DNA of 64,000 bases, taken from the sequence record PZ445428.1. The stretch is one strand, 5' to 3'. The DNA comes from a phage. Below are positions 30,554 to 40,063 of this stretch, piece after piece (the first letter of the stretch is position 1; every line of letters starts with the position of its first letter). The notes under the pieces were generated by a model that ran no database searches, was not told the origin of the DNA, and saw only the letters and a list, made by a program, of their open reading frames with translations. The position numbers were made by a program, and so were the translations under genes.

Positions 30554-31074
30554 CTTTGTGCATACTTTCGCTTTATCTCTTGAATATCTATTCCTTGTTT
30601 CAGTTCACTCAAAACCTGGACTAAGATGCCCTCGAGATCTTTTCGTTCTTTACTAGCCATTATATGGTAGTGTTTTTTTTTTTTTTTATTATAATACAAA
30701 CGTAGAGTATATGTACTTGATTTGACATTGTAGCTTATATTTCCAGAATAATTTTCTATATTCTGCATGTTAGATCGGTGATCACCGTTTTTGAGGTTGT
30801 CCCATCTATTATCGTGTCGTATGCGATTATCATGGTCAATTTCTTCTGGCATCTCCCCGGTTTGCATTAACCAAATAAGTCTGTGCAACCTATATTTAGT
30901 TCCAAATACCATAGCATCTAAATATCCAGACTGCTTAGAGGGAGTTCCTACAGGTTTTCCTACACAATCTTTAGGAAGTCCATTTGACCATACTTTATAG
31001 GTTACAATACCTGTATCTGGATCATATGAGAATCTACGATGACATTCATTGTACAACTTAACTAAATCATCCAT
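30550..31074 (-). CDS. HNH homing endonuclease (HNH_3-like)
   Basis: GKPVG...GY...YRLHRL...IDHDNR...DNRWDNL motif set; paralogous to ORF 57161-57679; contains an A15 run (KKKKK). Confidence 0.6.
   Translation of the reverse strand: MDDLVKLYNECHRRFSYDPDTGIVTYKVWSNGLPKDCVGKPVGTPSKQSGYLDAMVFGTKYRLHRLIWLMQTGEMPEEIDHDNRIRHDNRWDNLKNGDHRSNMQNIENYSGNISYNVKSSTYTLRLYYNKKKKKHYHIMASKERKDLEGILVQVLSELKQGIDIQEIKRKYAQR
30673..30687 (-). repeat. Homopolymer run (T15 on plus strand, A15 on coding strand) inside HNH ORF
   Basis: 15 consecutive T at 30673-30687; encodes KKKKK in the minus-strand ORF. Confidence 0.9.
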
Positions 31075-31080
31075 AAGTTA

Positions 31081-31106
31081 AAAATAAAGGGGCATGAAGC
31101 CCCTTT
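31081..31106 (-). terminator. Rho-independent terminator
   Basis: Minus strand GGGGC-TTCAT-GCCCC hairpin followed by TTTATTTTT. Confidence 0.6.
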
Positions 31107-31111
31107 GGTTA

Positions 31112-31885
31112 TTAGTCGTCCAGATCGCTAGCAGCTTCTGCATCGATACCTTTCTGGGAACCAGCTTCGGAACCACCCTTAGCATCGCCACCTTCCTGCT
31201 TCTCACGTCCTTCCATGAAGGCATCTACTGCTTCTTTCTGTTCTTCGTAAGACGGAACCGGATAGGTTTCTTCCAGAGAAGGAACTTTCTCGAACTTCAG
31301 GAAATCGCCATTTTCATCGCTCAGTGCTTCACCGAGGATATCTACATCAGCAGCGTGTAACTTAGACTCAGCACTGTTAGGATCTTTCAGTTTCATCTGG
31401 AACTGCATTGCTGCAATCTGTTGTACATCGTACTCAGTTTCGAAGCCTTTACCTTTCTTCTCGATAGAGATATCGATATCGAACGGATCGGATAGTTCAA
31501 GCTGTTTCATGATAGACTTGATGCCTTTCAGGATAGTAGCTTTAACTTCCATTACTTTCAGTTTGTTATCAGAACGGTCGATAACGAAAGCGATGTAGTT
31601 CTTCTTAGGTTTCAGCGGAACACGATTACCCTCTTTGTCCAGATCTTTCTCGAAGAAGCCCATTTCATGGATCGGGTCAGCTTTACCACGAACAAAGCTC
31701 TCTTTAGTACGGTTGAAACGCAGGCACTCAAACGGAGCTGCATTACCATCTTTGTTAGTCAGCCAGTAGACATAACGCGGAAGAACACCAGAAACGATAC
31801 GAACACGAGTGATACCGTTGTTGAATTTCAGGAAGTCGATTTTATCGTTAGAACCGCCAGTAGTTTCGCCCCAAGACTTAGCCAT
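31112..31885 (-). CDS. Hypothetical protein with acidic C-terminal tail
   Basis: 257 aa, GAGGAA RBS, C-terminus ...GGDAKGGSEAGSQKGIDAEAASDLDD; an ssDNA-binding role is speculation. Confidence 0.3.
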   Translation of the reverse strand: MAKSWGETTGGSNDKIDFLKFNNGITRVRIVSGVLPRYVYWLTNKDGNAAPFECLRFNRTKESFVRGKADPIHEMGFFEKDLDKEGNRVPLKPKKNYIAFVIDRSDNKLKVMEVKATILKGIKSIMKQLELSDPFDIDISIEKKGKGFETEYDVQQIAAMQFQMKLKDPNSAESKLHAADVDILGEALSDENGDFLKFEKVPSLEETYPVPSYEEQKEAVDAFMEGREKQEGGDAKGGSEAGSQKGIDAEAASDLDD

Positions 31886-32162
31886 ATTTTATTTCCTCAA
31901 TAAATGTTAATTTCGATTTGTTAATTGCGATTAGTGGGTTAGTGTCGATTACAGAACGTGGTATCCATATCGGAACATATTGCATGTCCAAACTCGGATC
32001 GTTTGTAAACTTGTATTCGGCATAATTTCGTAGACTTAAAATTCCTAGATATTCTGCCAGTTGTCTATTAGACAGTTTGCGTGGATTATCAACTATCGTT
32101 GATTCATTCAAAATGAATGAGGAGCCGACCAGCAATTGGTGAGCATCAGGCTCTGCAAGCAT
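31878..32162 (-). CDS. Hypothetical protein
   Basis: 94-aa ORF; no SD at ATG; weak. Confidence 0.25.
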   Translation of the reverse strand: MLAEPDAHQLLVGSSFILNESTIVDNPRKLSNRQLAEYLGILSLRNYAEYKFTNDPSLDMQYVPIWIPRSVIDTNPLIAINKSKLTFIEEIKYG

Positions 32163-32269
32163 TCTATTAAATAACTTAACAATCAGGTCGGAATTTCCTC
32201 TAGCTAGTAAGTATAGCTTTTCATAGTCGAAGAATTTAATTTTTGTTTTCTCCTCGAATTTATGTATAT

Positions 32270-32299
32270 ATTATACTAGATTTCGAGAGAATTTAGCAA
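32270..32299 (-). promoter_or_regulatory. Early promoter cassette (copy B of a tandem pair)
   Basis: Minus strand TTGCTA-18 nt-TATAAT then ATATACATAAATTCGAGGAG. Confidence 0.45.
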
Positions 32300-32370
32300 G
32301 TACAATTTTTATTTTTCTGCTTCGGACTTTCTTATCAATCCGAAACTTTCTCTCTCAAATTTATGTATAT

Positions 32371-32399
32371 ATTATACAATAATTATGAACTGTTGCCAA
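32371..32399 (-). promoter_or_regulatory. Early promoter cassette (copy A of a tandem pair)
   Basis: Minus strand TATAAT then ATATACATAAATTTGAGAGAG; -35 region weak (TTGGCA) and inside the 3' end of the helicase gene. Confidence 0.35.
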
Positions 32400-33735
32400 A
32401 TGCAATTTTAGCTAACTGTACTGCTTTCTCCGGAGTCATAGTAATAGTTTTCCATGCATTATTGCGATACACGGCCATACGTCCGGAAGCCTGTCTTAAA
32501 CCAGTGCCACCTTTCATAATTAGGTCTACTACTATCGGATCTAACTTCCCATCAACTATACGTTGTACACGACCTGCTAACTGTTCTATTAACGATTCGT
32601 TATTAATGAGACTTCCCATTATTAAACAAGACAGCTCGTTAAGAGAAATACCTTCGGAGAAGATACTTTGTGCAGCAGCAAGACAACATGGACCACCTTC
32701 TGCTACTTCCTTCTGGATTCGCAGACGATCATCGAGTGGAGTTGCACCAATAATCTCGTAGGTTGTAACACCTCGCTGAGACAGTGCTTCTAGTATCGTT
32801 TGTATTAGTTCTGTCCTGTCACTCACAAACAGAACCTTATGTCCCATGTTCACATACAGATGCGCCAGATTAATAATAGTCTGACGATATTCAGGGTTAG
32901 AATACACATCATTAGCACGTAAAGCCCACGGAACGTTCTGGTTTCCAGACAATTCAACCGGTACGGAGTACCTGTGGATTGTAGGAGCGACAGTATTATT
33001 AACCGGAGGGCTAAAGATCTTATATCCAAAGAAATCTTTGAACATAACCTGCAAACCATCCTTACGTTTTAACGTACCGGATAGCCCAATCTTGTAGCGG
33101 GCACAGGAAATTTCCAAGAAATTAGTAAATGTAGTTGCAACACAATGGTGAACTTCATCCACAATAACTGTTCCAAACACTTTGGACAGCTGATTAGCGT
33201 GTTTATTTACTGTTTGTATATTACTAACCACAATAGGTGGGTCAATATTATACTTTCCTGAACCAATAACTCCAGGTTCAAACCCAAACCATTTACGAAC
33301 TTCGGCCATCCACATTTCACGGATGGAAGTATTCGTACAGATTACCAGAGTTTTCTGTCCAAACTTATACGCAAGTGCTAATGCTAGGATAGTTTTACCA
33401 AATCCTGGCTTACCATTGATAATGCAGGTATCATCACACTCTTCATAAATAGGTAACTGATCTTCTTCACGCAGTTTAAAAGATGGTTCTGGAATATAAA
33501 CCGGAGCCAATGTGCGTTTATCAACCAGTTCGTACTTCACTCCCTTAGCATCTAGTAAATCCAGACGTGTAATGGGAATCCACTTAATCTCTTTAGCAAC
33601 AACACCGCTATTCTTATACATAATAGGGTATTTACTTGTCATTGTCTCGACATGGTAAGTGGTTTGCTTACTACAATAATCCCAAAGTTCATCATCGGGC
33701 TTGAAATAGGCTTTATTAGATATAACAACCTTCAT
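32383..33735 (-). CDS. SF2 DExH-box helicase
   Basis: Walker A GKPGFGKT, DEVHH box, downstream helicase C-terminal motifs; located between polymerase and SbcCD genes. Confidence 0.75.
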   Translation of the reverse strand: MKVVISNKAYFKPDDELWDYCSKQTTYHVETMTSKYPIMYKNSGVVAKEIKWIPITRLDLLDAKGVKYELVDKRTLAPVYIPEPSFKLREEDQLPIYEECDDTCIINGKPGFGKTILALALAYKFGQKTLVICTNTSIREMWMAEVRKWFGFEPGVIGSGKYNIDPPIVVSNIQTVNKHANQLSKVFGTVIVDEVHHCVATTFTNFLEISCARYKIGLSGTLKRKDGLQVMFKDFFGYKIFSPPVNNTVAPTIHRYSVPVELSGNQNVPWALRANDVYSNPEYRQTIINLAHLYVNMGHKVLFVSDRTELIQTILEALSQRGVTTYEIIGATPLDDRLRIQKEVAEGGPCCLAAAQSIFSEGISLNELSCLIMGSLINNESLIEQLAGRVQRIVDGKLDPIVVDLIMKGGTGLRQASGRMAVYRNNAWKTITMTPEKAVQLAKIAFGNSS

Positions 33736-34229
33736 AATTTTATTCTAAGTCTAGGAATTTCAGGCTCCTCTTGATGGACTTGATAAATAACAGGGCTATT
33801 ATTTACCAGAATATAGCTTATATAAGCTGGTACACTAGAAAGCACGAATGGATACGGAACCTTCGCTACGTAACATTGATACTTTCCATTATAAATTCTT
33901 GCAGAATGCAGAACTTTCGCAGTCACAACATCATAGAACGTAGTTTTCTTCCAGTTAATAAGATTTCCATCAGAATCTATAAACTGGGTACGTTTCGATC
34001 CCACTAACTGGGACAGCATTGATATTCTACCACGAATAGGATAGAGTTTGTAAGGTAATTCCTTTCGTTCCTCGTATAGAACAAGCCTACGTTGAGAAAA
34101 TGTGCCAGGCAACTTCCTGTTATCCAGCACATATTTGTTATATCTTGTAGTTATTACGGAATAATCACCTTCTTGCTCAATTCTTTCAAAAGCCCGCAGT
34201 GCGTATACGGGCAGTTTGAAATTAAGCAC
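33732..34229 (-). CDS. Hypothetical protein
   Basis: 165-aa ORF coupled between polymerase and helicase genes; GTG start per track. Confidence 0.3.
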   Translation of the reverse strand: MLNFKLPVYALRAFERIEQEGDYSVITTRYNKYVLDNRKLPGTFSQRRLVLYEERKELPYKLYPIRGRISMLSQLVGSKRTQFIDSDGNLINWKKTTFYDVVTAKVLHSARIYNGKYQCYVAKVPYPFVLSSVPAYISYILVNNSPVIYQVHQEEPEIPRLRIKL

Positions 34230-36789
34230 CGAGAATCCTTTTCACGTTATCCAGATCTTTACATACAGCGATAAACTTATCATCCTTGTACTTGCTGTGG
34301 TCTGGATGCTCTTTATCCATAGCTGCTAACTTCTTGTATTCGAAGTCTGCGTCTAATAATACACCCTTAACATAACGAGTATATTCATCATCATCGATAC
34401 ACGCAATAGACGGGTGCTGTTTCTTCATCTTACCGCAGGAGTAGTCACGAGAACCCCCAGCTTCGGAGTCAGAATCAATACCGATTGGGCAATCAGGAAT
34501 ACTGATACCACGGTCTTTCTGAATGTTACGAATCAGAATCTGGTTATACTGCTCAATCAGATCTTCACGTACAATGGCAACCACGGAGTCGTGAACCAAC
34601 ATGACGATCTTCATCTCCTTTCCTAGACCCAGGGACAGGATTTCTTCATCAGCATCAATAGCACCTAATAGGAGACTGTCAGAAGATGCAGACTGAATGA
34701 TTGCGTTAAATCCAGAACGGATTTCTTCACCCTGAACACCACGATCTTCGGAGTGGATGTTGTGAAGACGACGTTTACGACCAAAGTGACTATAGATGAA
34801 TCCAAAGTTCTTGATCTGATCGTGGCACTTATCAATCCAACGCTTAAGCTGAGGGAACTGACCGAAGTAAGTTTCGATGTAATCTTTCGCATCTGCAACA
34901 GTACATTCAGTGAACGGTTCACCAGTTTTAGCTGCTTGCTCAAGCAATGCTTCGTTAACAGAATGAGCTACCTTAGCTGGGCCAGAACCATACAGAATAC
35001 CGAAGGTAATTGCCTTAGCTGCCTGACGCAGGGCTGGGAACAGTTTCTTAACATCACGTGGTTCACAGGATAACTTAAATACCATGTGGGCGATGTTAGA
35101 GTGGAAGTCAGGATACTTATCCGGCTCATTTTTCATGTTGATGAATACTTGTTGCATGTTTCTGTCACCAGACAGTACAGCAGCATAGTAAACTTCAGCA
35201 GTTGTTAAGTCCCATGCGATTACACGATATCCAGGTGGTGCAACTACACAACCCTTGATAATAGATTCATCACGAGGTAACTGTTGCAAGTTCAGTTTAC
35301 CAGAAGAACTCAGACGACCAGAAGTAGTCATGTGTTCGTGGAAACCTGTACGGATGCAACCATCGGCATCGATACTCAGAAGAATCTTCTCAACATAAGT
35401 AGAGATCAGCTTAGTCAGCTTACGAATCTCTAGCAGAGTCTTAGCAATCGGATGTTGAGTTGCTAATTCATTCAGAGCTTCTGCGTTCGTAGAATCTGCA
35501 CCAGTATCCGTCAACTTACCAGTTGGAGCCAAACCAACATAATCGAACAGAAGAACACGGAGCTGCTTAACAGAGTTCGGGTTAAACGCTTCATTCTGAT
35601 CCTGTTCTAGTTGCTTAACTTCTGGATAAGTATACAGATGCTCACGAGCCTTATTCAGACGATGAGTCAATTGATACTGAGCTTCTTTCAGACGATCTAC
35701 GGAAATAGGTACACCACGATCTTCAACACGTTGCAGGAATACACAACCGGGCATCAGAACTTCGTAATACAGATCACGCAGTTTCTCGTTCTTCTCAATC
35801 TTCGGTAAGAAGAAATTGTGCAGACGCAGAGTCGCATCGGTATCCTTCGCAGCATATGGCCACATAATATCAAATGGAATCAGATCATAGCTGAAATCCT
35901 CTTTCTTGATCTTATGCGCTTTGCAATAATCGTCCTTGAACTTATCGAGTTCAAAGTCGTAGTCACCCATGTCAGTATACTTCATAGCCAAAGATTTCAG
36001 GCCGTGAGTACCACGACGTTCATCGAGAACATAGTGCTGTAACATGGTATCATGAAGTCTACGCTCTTTACTTGCTTTCTCGAAGGAAAGTCCTAGATGG
36101 TAGGAGTAAAAGTGCATATCGAACTTCAAGTTATGGAAAACAATGTCATGCTTCTCACTGTCCAGGATCTTCTGGAGATAATGGACTGTCACTTCCGTAA
36201 GCACATCGGCATCAATATAAACACCCTGATACTCTTGGTGAGAAATGGAAACACCAAGCAGATAACCATCACGGCAATACAGAGCCGAGGTTTCGGAGTC
36301 AAATGCGATCGGGCCGATAACCATGGTATACACCATCTTGATGTATTCTTCGGCTTCATCAGGATCTGTAATCGGGCGATAATCACCAGCTTTAGCAATT
36401 TTCTCCCGACCATTAATAATGTCATGAATGCTTTCAACAGTTGCTTCAAAGACTGGTTTCATTTCAGGTTTAAAGTGTAACTGGGCTGGACTAATACTTG
36501 CAATCCAGTTCGCATAGCCATTATGCTCTACACGTTTACCGGTATAATCACCAATACCTTTCTTGCCTGCAAAATACAGGAAAGGTTCAGCACCAACTAG
36601 TACAACAAAATCGTAATCATTCGGATCGAATGGATTCTCTGGAGTTCCAATGGTAATATGCTTTTTCAGCAAACGCCCAGATAACTTCTCGTTACACATA
36701 TGGAATACATCAACTTCCTCACCGTAAAGCTGGAAGTGTTTATCATAACGAGTATTATTTAGAGCTTTATCAACTACTGCAATTTTCAA
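34222..36789 (-). CDS. DNA polymerase, family A, with 3'-5' exonuclease domain
   Basis: 855 aa; exo-like N-terminal region, motif B RQAAKAITFGILYGSG, motif C LVHDSVV; TTG start with AAAGGAG RBS. Confidence 0.9.
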   Translation of the reverse strand: MKIAVVDKALNNTRYDKHFQLYGEEVDVFHMCNEKLSGRLLKKHITIGTPENPFDPNDYDFVVLVGAEPFLYFAGKKGIGDYTGKRVEHNGYANWIASISPAQLHFKPEMKPVFEATVESIHDIINGREKIAKAGDYRPITDPDEAEEYIKMVYTMVIGPIAFDSETSALYCRDGYLLGVSISHQEYQGVYIDADVLTEVTVHYLQKILDSEKHDIVFHNLKFDMHFYSYHLGLSFEKASKERRLHDTMLQHYVLDERRGTHGLKSLAMKYTDMGDYDFELDKFKDDYCKAHKIKKEDFSYDLIPFDIMWPYAAKDTDATLRLHNFFLPKIEKNEKLRDLYYEVLMPGCVFLQRVEDRGVPISVDRLKEAQYQLTHRLNKAREHLYTYPEVKQLEQDQNEAFNPNSVKQLRVLLFDYVGLAPTGKLTDTGADSTNAEALNELATQHPIAKTLLEIRKLTKLISTYVEKILLSIDADGCIRTGFHEHMTTSGRLSSSGKLNLQQLPRDESIIKGCVVAPPGYRVIAWDLTTAEVYYAAVLSGDRNMQQVFINMKNEPDKYPDFHSNIAHMVFKLSCEPRDVKKLFPALRQAAKAITFGILYGSGPAKVAHSVNEALLEQAAKTGEPFTECTVADAKDYIETYFGQFPQLKRWIDKCHDQIKNFGFIYSHFGRKRRLHNIHSEDRGVQGEEIRSGFNAIIQSASSDSLLLGAIDADEEILSLGLGKEMKIVMLVHDSVVAIVREDLIEQYNQILIRNIQKDRGISIPDCPIGIDSDSEAGGSRDYSCGKMKKQHPSIACIDDDEYTRYVKGVLLDADFEYKKLAAMDKEHPDHSKYKDDKFIAVCKDLDNVKRILGA

Positions 36790-36802
36790 ATTTAGTCTCC
36801 TT

Positions 36803-36848
36803 TTGGTAAGTAAGTATAACTTCAGTGTTTCTTCTCTAACTTACCAAT
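36803..36848 (-). promoter_or_regulatory. 9-bp inverted repeat in the 5' leader of the DNA polymerase gene
   Basis: Plus-strand arms TTGGTAAGT (36803-36811) and ACTTACCAA (36840-36848) between the candidate -10 and the RBS. Confidence 0.4.
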
Positions 36849-36850
36849 AT

Positions 36851-36880
36851 ATTATACCAAATCTTTAAGCGATTCAGCAA
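36851..36880 (-). promoter_or_regulatory. Candidate promoter for DNA polymerase gene
   Basis: Minus strand TTGCTG-18 nt-TATAAT; lies in the 3' end of the primase gene. Confidence 0.35.
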
Positions 36881-37742
36881 CTAAAATTTCAATACGTTGT
36901 GCTAACGTATCGATCTCTTCTTTATTAAGATCACCTGGGTCTTTTCCTTCAGGAAGAAGGAAGTTACCAACTACAGGTGTTAAACGTGTTTTTGTACGGA
37001 TTAATTTAGCCAATGCTTGGGCAGCTTTATTACCCGAAGCATCGTTATCTAGTAAGATAACTACTACTCTAACTCCAGCAATAATATATGGGCTGAACTT
37101 ATCTGCAATGTTATCAGAAGTAAACTGATGTGTACCAAAGCAACAAGAGGCATAGTTTATCCCATTATCTTCTAGGTTCAACATATCAAAGATGCCTTCA
37201 ACTAGAACGAGAACTGGAGTATTATATCGTACAGGAAAAATCGGGGGTGAAACTTGTTTAGGTTTTACTAAGTATTTAGGAGGGGCAGAACTGTTTATAG
37301 AACGACCCAGGAATAGGATATTACGTCCAACAGCATCTGTTATTGGGAACACGATTCTGCCTTCCCAGTCTGCTTGATGTTGGAAAGCAAAATATTTCTT
37401 CAAGGTCTTAGAACTGATACCTCGGAAATCACCTTCGAAAAGGTAAGCAGATTCAGGAATTGCAAGATTCGTAGATCCATTCCTGATCTCTGAAATCTTT
37501 TTACGTACTTGTGACAATCTTGGTGACTGTCTGTACTGAGTCTCATTAAAATAATGGTAAATGCTCGGTATACCTTTACCGAAGCCGCAACTCAAGCAAT
37601 GCATAACTCCTGATTCAGGATCAATACGTAAACTTGGGTGCTTATCATCATGATCTGGGTTGAGACAACAGATGAGGATGTCCCCACCTGTGTCTTTGTA
37701 TTCAATGCCTTTCAGATCAAGTAGTTCTGTTATCCTACTCAT
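36852..37742 (-). CDS. DNA primase (DnaG-like, zinc finger plus TOPRIM)
   Basis: CLNPDHDDKHPSLRI...HCLSCG zinc-binding motif and VEGIFDM TOPRIM-like motif. Confidence 0.7.
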   Translation of the reverse strand: MSRITELLDLKGIEYKDTGGDILICCLNPDHDDKHPSLRIDPESGVMHCLSCGFGKGIPSIYHYFNETQYRQSPRLSQVRKKISEIRNGSTNLAIPESAYLFEGDFRGISSKTLKKYFAFQHQADWEGRIVFPITDAVGRNILFLGRSINSSAPPKYLVKPKQVSPPIFPVRYNTPVLVLVEGIFDMLNLEDNGINYASCCFGTHQFTSDNIADKFSPYIIAGVRVVVILLDNDASGNKAAQALAKLIRTKTRLTPVVGNFLLPEGKDPGDLNKEEIDTLAQRIEILVAESLKDLV

Positions 37743-39211
37743 ATATCTTTGGCCTCTTCACCTGAGGAATTTTCTGGTTTTTCTTTCTTAGCACGTTTAG
37801 GTTGGGCTGGTTTATCCTTCTCGATCGGAATAACAAATTCAGCTTCCATTTGAGTGATATCTTCCATTGCCAAGTTAGTAGTGTTATCCATTCGTAGAGT
37901 TTCCCAGTTCATCTTAGGCATAAACTTCACACTATCAGAGGAACGAGTCTTAACGAAGTCAAACATAATAGCACCCTGACCATTATCAGCTTTAGCAGCA
38001 TTAAGGTTGGCAGCCATGTCTGCGGAATCAAGGATACCTTTAGACATACGAGTTCTACCGTCTTGATCAATCTGGTAAGGAGCTACACCAGCAACATTAT
38101 GTTTCTGGCATATAGATTTGAAAGATGAACTTACAACCATCTGCTCTTTCCAGTCATACATGTCAATGGTTTTGGAATCTGGAAGTCTAGTCTGGTTAAT
38201 GTAGTCCAGTAGAGCTACAGTAACTTTATCACCATACTTAGCAACTAGTTTGTTTAGTTCTACGTCTACTGTAGTAATGGAGAGTTCGGGATCATACACA
38301 ACGATCATTGGAGTATGTAACTCATGACTTTCTAACAGCTTACTTTCCATATCATAGAAGTCGCTCATTCTAGCCATTGTGTACTGCTTAACGAAGTTAT
38401 CGAAAAGTTCTTCACCACCATTAAACATTCTAGCCCTAGTTCTTGCTAATCTCAAAAGAGGAGCGCCATCAAGGGTGTTGTTACGCATTGCCAGTGCAGA
38501 TACACCAGCTAACATTGCTAAATTACGCCTAAACACTTCGTGCTCTTTCATCTCAATTGAGAAATATGGAGCAATGTCTCCATTCAAATATTGCTGAACC
38601 TGTATGTTTGAACAGATAATGGATTTACCAGTACCACGCCAACCACCAAGCAGTAACGTTTCTGTACGAGCTAAACCAATTTGCGCGTCGAACTCATTAC
38701 AAATACCAAGAGCAATCATGTTAAGTTTGGTATCTTCTTCTCTCTGGAAAATACGCATTGTGTCTGCGTTGAATACCTTTCCAGTATTCGTTACTTTCTC
38801 TTCTAATTTTAAGTGAAGGGAGGCAACCCTGTTGAGAATTTCTCCCTGATCCAGCATTGTTAAATCTTGAAGCACGTCTGTTTCTAGAAGTTTCAGGAAT
38901 AGATCCTGTGTATATTCAGCTTCTAGGACTTCAAGTGCCTGTTCCATGCTCACTTCTGGAATTTGAGTGTTAGCTAAGACGACTAGAGCTTGAGAAAGGC
39001 GGGCGTTCCTGTTGGCCTCAAGCATAAGTGCGTCAATGGACGGCATTGCGTTATATTTTTTATAATAATTCTGGACGGCTTGGTAAATTGAGGAGAAAGC
39101 GTCATTAAAATGATCTTTATGCAGTTTTGAGAATGTTTCCAATGCTATTTGTTTCTGTTCAGAAGCCAGAAGCATCTTCAACACTACAGCTTGCACGTTA
39201 AACAAGGTCAT
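37739..39211 (-). CDS. DnaB-like replicative helicase
   Basis: Walker A LLGGWRGTGKS in C-terminal RecA-like domain. Start set to ATG 39211 after AAGGAGAA; track ORF begins at 39262. Confidence 0.65.
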   Translation of the reverse strand: MTLFNVQAVVLKMLLASEQKQIALETFSKLHKDHFNDAFSSIYQAVQNYYKKYNAMPSIDALMLEANRNARLSQALVVLANTQIPEVSMEQALEVLEAEYTQDLFLKLLETDVLQDLTMLDQGEILNRVASLHLKLEEKVTNTGKVFNADTMRIFQREEDTKLNMIALGICNEFDAQIGLARTETLLLGGWRGTGKSIICSNIQVQQYLNGDIAPYFSIEMKEHEVFRRNLAMLAGVSALAMRNNTLDGAPLLRLARTRARMFNGGEELFDNFVKQYTMARMSDFYDMESKLLESHELHTPMIVVYDPELSITTVDVELNKLVAKYGDKVTVALLDYINQTRLPDSKTIDMYDWKEQMVVSSSFKSICQKHNVAGVAPYQIDQDGRTRMSKGILDSADMAANLNAAKADNGQGAIMFDFVKTRSSDSVKFMPKMNWETLRMDNTTNLAMEDITQMEAEFVIPIEKDKPAQPKRAKKEKPENSSGEEAKDI

Positions 39212-39216
39212 TCTCC

Positions 39217-39262
39217 TTTGCACGCTTTCGTGCCTTCTAAATGCAAAAAGGGGAAGGAGCAT
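39217..39262 (-). terminator. Terminator-like GC-rich hairpins after DNA-binding repeat protein gene
   Basis: Minus strand GGGGAGGGGG...CCTTCCCC then TTTTT, and GCACGAAAGCGTGC (GAAA loop) just before the next RBS. Confidence 0.4.
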
Positions 39263-39293
39263 AGCCCCCTCCCCTTAGGTTTAATTTACCAGA

Positions 39294-40061
39294 TTATTCA
39301 GCAGCCGCAGCTTTTGCATCCAGTTTAGCACGCTTAGCAGCACCATCATAGTCCTTAGCAACCAGACCACGACGAGACAGCATAGATTTAACACCGCGCT
39401 CAGACTTACCAGTTTTCTCAGCGATATCAGCAACAGTCATGTTAGCCAGATCCAGACCTTCTAACAGATCTTCGCGAGTTTTAGCGCTTGAAGTTTCCTG
39501 TACCGGCATTGCAGCGATACGACCTTCACGAAGCAGGCTCAGAGCTTTACCACGGATCTGCTTGATATTGCGACCGAAGTGAGCAGCGATAGCTTCAATA
39601 GTTGCACCAGCAACAACCTGATTAACGAAATCAGTTTCTTCGTCAGGAGTGAAGGAACGAACGGCAGCAGCTTTTTCAGTTGGCTTAACAGCAGCAGTCA
39701 TTTCCAGACTCAGAATCTTACCCTGTACCTGCTTAGCACCGAACTGACCACCAGCTACAGCAGCAGCGATTTCAGCGTAGGTATACTGACCAGCATGAGA
39801 GTTCAGGAAATCAACCAGTTCAGCTTCCTGCTCAGGAGTCCACGGGGATTTCTGTACTTCGTTAGCTTTCTGTACTTCGAAGCCTTCTTTACGCAGCTTA
39901 GAACCAACAGAGCGGGCGGTTACGTCCTTGCCAGTTTCAGCAGCCAGTTCTACAGCGATAGCAGCAACTTGTTCTTGAGAGATTACAGCTACACCCAGAG
40001 CAACGGCTTTAGCTTTCAGAGACTCGGTTACACCTTCTACGTTCCAGTTCAGTTTAGACAT
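39294..40061 (-). CDS. DNA-binding protein with four internal HTH-like repeats
   Basis: 255 aa; four repeats of about 50 aa each ending in an HTH-like segment (e.g. TVADIAEKTGKSERGVKSMLSRRGL); strongly biased codon usage. Confidence 0.5.
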   Translation of the reverse strand: MSKLNWNVEGVTESLKAKAVALGVAVISQEQVAAIAVELAAETGKDVTARSVGSKLRKEGFEVQKANEVQKSPWTPEQEAELVDFLNSHAGQYTYAEIAAAVAGGQFGAKQVQGKILSLEMTAAVKPTEKAAAVRSFTPDEETDFVNQVVAGATIEAIAAHFGRNIKQIRGKALSLLREGRIAAMPVQETSSAKTREDLLEGLDLANMTVADIAEKTGKSERGVKSMLSRRGLVAKDYDGAAKRAKLDAKAAAAE

Positions 40062-40063
40062 TA

